6,869 nucleotides of DNA from a virus. Where the stretch lies: the IMG/VR virus record IMGVR_UViG_3300028591_002019, positions 1 through 6,869 of that record. One strand, 5' to 3'. Below are positions 5,499-6,869 of this stretch, piece after piece (position 1 is the first letter of the stretch; each line of letters starts with the position of its first letter). A program made the position numbers and the translations under genes. Under the pieces are notes generated by a model. That model was given only the letters and a program-made list of their open reading frames with translations. It ran no database searches and was not told the DNA's origin.

Positions 5499-6299
5499 TT
5501 AGGGAGTTTCAGGCTCGTCGTCTTCAAGCATCTTAACAACACGGGTAGCGTCGGTAAGAGCAACAAGCATAACTTTACGAGCATAAACGGTATTCTTTCT
5601 ATGGTCGGCGTCTCTCTCTTGCTCGGTTTCTGCGCCTTTCTTTGTAAAGATAGTAACAGCCTCTTTGGTAGCAAGATAAGCAGTGCCCTTTGGAACAGCC
5701 TTACTTACATAAACAGGAACACCGCAAATGGAGCCAATATAACCAGTGCGTGCGAAATCTTCAACATACTTTAAGTCGTCGGCAAGTGCCTTACGAATAG
5801 TAGCCTTGATTTCAGGATTAATAAGAATGAATAAGCCCTTCTCGTCCTCATAAGGATACATAGCAATAGCATCAACGAAATCGCTGAAAGTCCAATCAAC
5901 GCCATATTTAACAATAGAAGCGCTATTCATTTCAGCAACAACCTTTTCAGTAAGGTCATTAGTCATACGCTGTGCTAAACCAGCAAGACCAGCATCAACA
6001 ACCATTGGGTCAGTCATTTCTTGCTCGTCGTAGTAAGCAAAACGACCCTGGGTAACACCAACTTCATAATCTTTATCACTGAAAGAAACAAGGATTTCAT
6101 CGGTATTACCTTCGCCCATTTTAAGGTCTTCTACATCGCCAGTAGAAGTATAAGTGTGGATAACCTTCTTCATACCAGGGTTCTCAACGAGGCTATCGTC
6201 GTGAGTAGCAAACTGGCTCATATCAAGATTAGTAATAAGTAAATCTTCAAGTTTGTTTTCTAAAACAAAATTTTCATAAATAGTATGATTTTGTGCCAT
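5499..6299 (-). CDS. Major capsid protein (HK97-fold, short approx. 270-aa type), 266 aa, with no in-frame TAG
   Basis: ATG at 6297..6299 is preceded by SD AAGGAG (6310..6315). The stop is TAA at 5499..5501. The gene lies between the scaffold and connector genes and is followed by a strong terminator. Size and sequence character fit small HK97-like capsid proteins; the family assignment is from memory only. Confidence 0.85.
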   Translation of the reverse strand: MAQNHTIYENFVLENKLEDLLITNLDMSQFATHDDSLVENPGMKKVIHTYTSTGDVEDLKMGEGNTDEILVSFSDKDYEVGVTQGRFAYYDEQEMTDPMVVDAGLAGLAQRMTNDLTEKVVAEMNSASIVKYGVDWTFSDFVDAIAMYPYEDEKGLFILINPEIKATIRKALADDLKYVEDFARTGYIGSICGVPVYVSKAVPKGTAYLATKEAVTIFTKKGAETEQERDADHRKNTVYARKVMLVALTDATRVVKMLEDDEPETP

Positions 6300-6328
6300 A
6301 ATAGCATTTCTCCTTTATAATAAAATTT

Positions 6329-6869
6329 TTAATTGTGAGAGAGTTGCTTATATAGTTCAGGATTAGTTCTATAAATTTCTGCCTGCTGTTGGATATTCAA
6401 CTTTTTAAACTCCTCACGCGTTAGGCCGGTTTGTCTTGCTGACCCGGTCTTGGGAGCAGGAGACGCAATGCGTTTTGCCACGGCATCTGCCACGGCTCCG
6501 TTAAACATCTTCTCAAAAGTGTTAATATTATTCATCATAGTTTCAGCGTCTTCTGCGACAATATAATCAATAAATTCAACGGGTAAATTACGATTTGATA
6601 AAACCTTCATCGCTTCAATTTTATTTTGAGCGATAGCGAAATCTCTTTCCCTCTATTCAAGTTCTTGTAATTTCTGCGTATATTCGTATTCTTTACGCTG
6701 GCTTTCGTCCATATTCCGCAGTTTCTCGGCTTCTGCCATTTTGTTCTCTAAATCTTTTTCCCATTTCTTCTACGCACTACTAACTCTGCGGTCGCCCTCT
6801 TTTTGAAGTAAGGCCTGGACTTCTTCTTCCGTATAAGTTTTCGGTGCGTTATCCCCTGTGGTTTCCACA
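6329..6869 (-). CDS. Capsid scaffolding protein (DUF4355-like), C-terminal 180 codons; the N-terminus lies beyond the window end. Carries two in-frame TAGs.
   Basis: Track ORF 6329..6610 extends upstream in the same frame to the window edge, with only TAG codons at 6653..6655 and 6770..6772 and no TAA or TGA. Translation: ...KTYTEEEVQALLQKEGDRRVSSA[TAG]KKWEKDLENKMAEAEKLRNMDESQRKEYEYTQKLQELE[TAG]RERDFAIAQNKIEAMKVLSNRNLP... It is a charged coiled-coil region typical of DUF4355 scaffolds (TqEevn.iv..RlaRe.kKwe). The stop is TAA at 6329..6331. Confidence 0.85.

Noticed and set aside
6021-6242. Plus-strand ORF, 73 aa
   Set aside because: It lies entirely antisense within the major capsid gene and is a shadow ORF.
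1-6869. CRISPR arrays, tRNA/ncRNA genes, IS elements or integrase/att sites
   Set aside because: There are no regularly spaced direct repeats, no cloverleaf-like GC-rich segments and no transposase-like ORFs. The window is fully accounted for by the structural operon.

Overview
The whole window is one co-directional, minus-strand late/structural operon segment of a tailed phage or prophage with HK97-type head and neck genes. It is AT-rich and has strong GGAGG-type Shine-Dalgarno sites. Gene order in descending coordinates: DUF4355-like scaffold (partial), major capsid protein, rho-independent terminator, gp6-like head-tail connector, head-closure adaptor, a cassette of five fibre-like genes plus a small membrane/coiled-coil protein, an HK97-gp10-like neck protein, a 58-aa ORF, and a DUF3168-like tail-completion protein (partial). 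The main observation is that the standard-code ORF track fragments this operon: there is an apparent 1.2 kb ORF desert at 1800-3030, truncated ORFs, and a missing gene at 4815-5126. All of these breaks are in-frame TAG codons. I traced 18 in-frame TAGs in 6 genes by hand. Reading through them gives long frames free of TAA and TGA, with motif-bearing protein sequence on both sides of each TAG. All 12 gene termini visible in the window are then TAA (8) or TGA (4), and none is TAG. The best explanation is amber stop-codon reassignment (genetic-code-15-like, with TAG most likely Gln), as described for some uncultivated gut phages. Family names are recalled from motifs, not from searches. No RNA genes, CRISPR arrays or mobile elements were seen.
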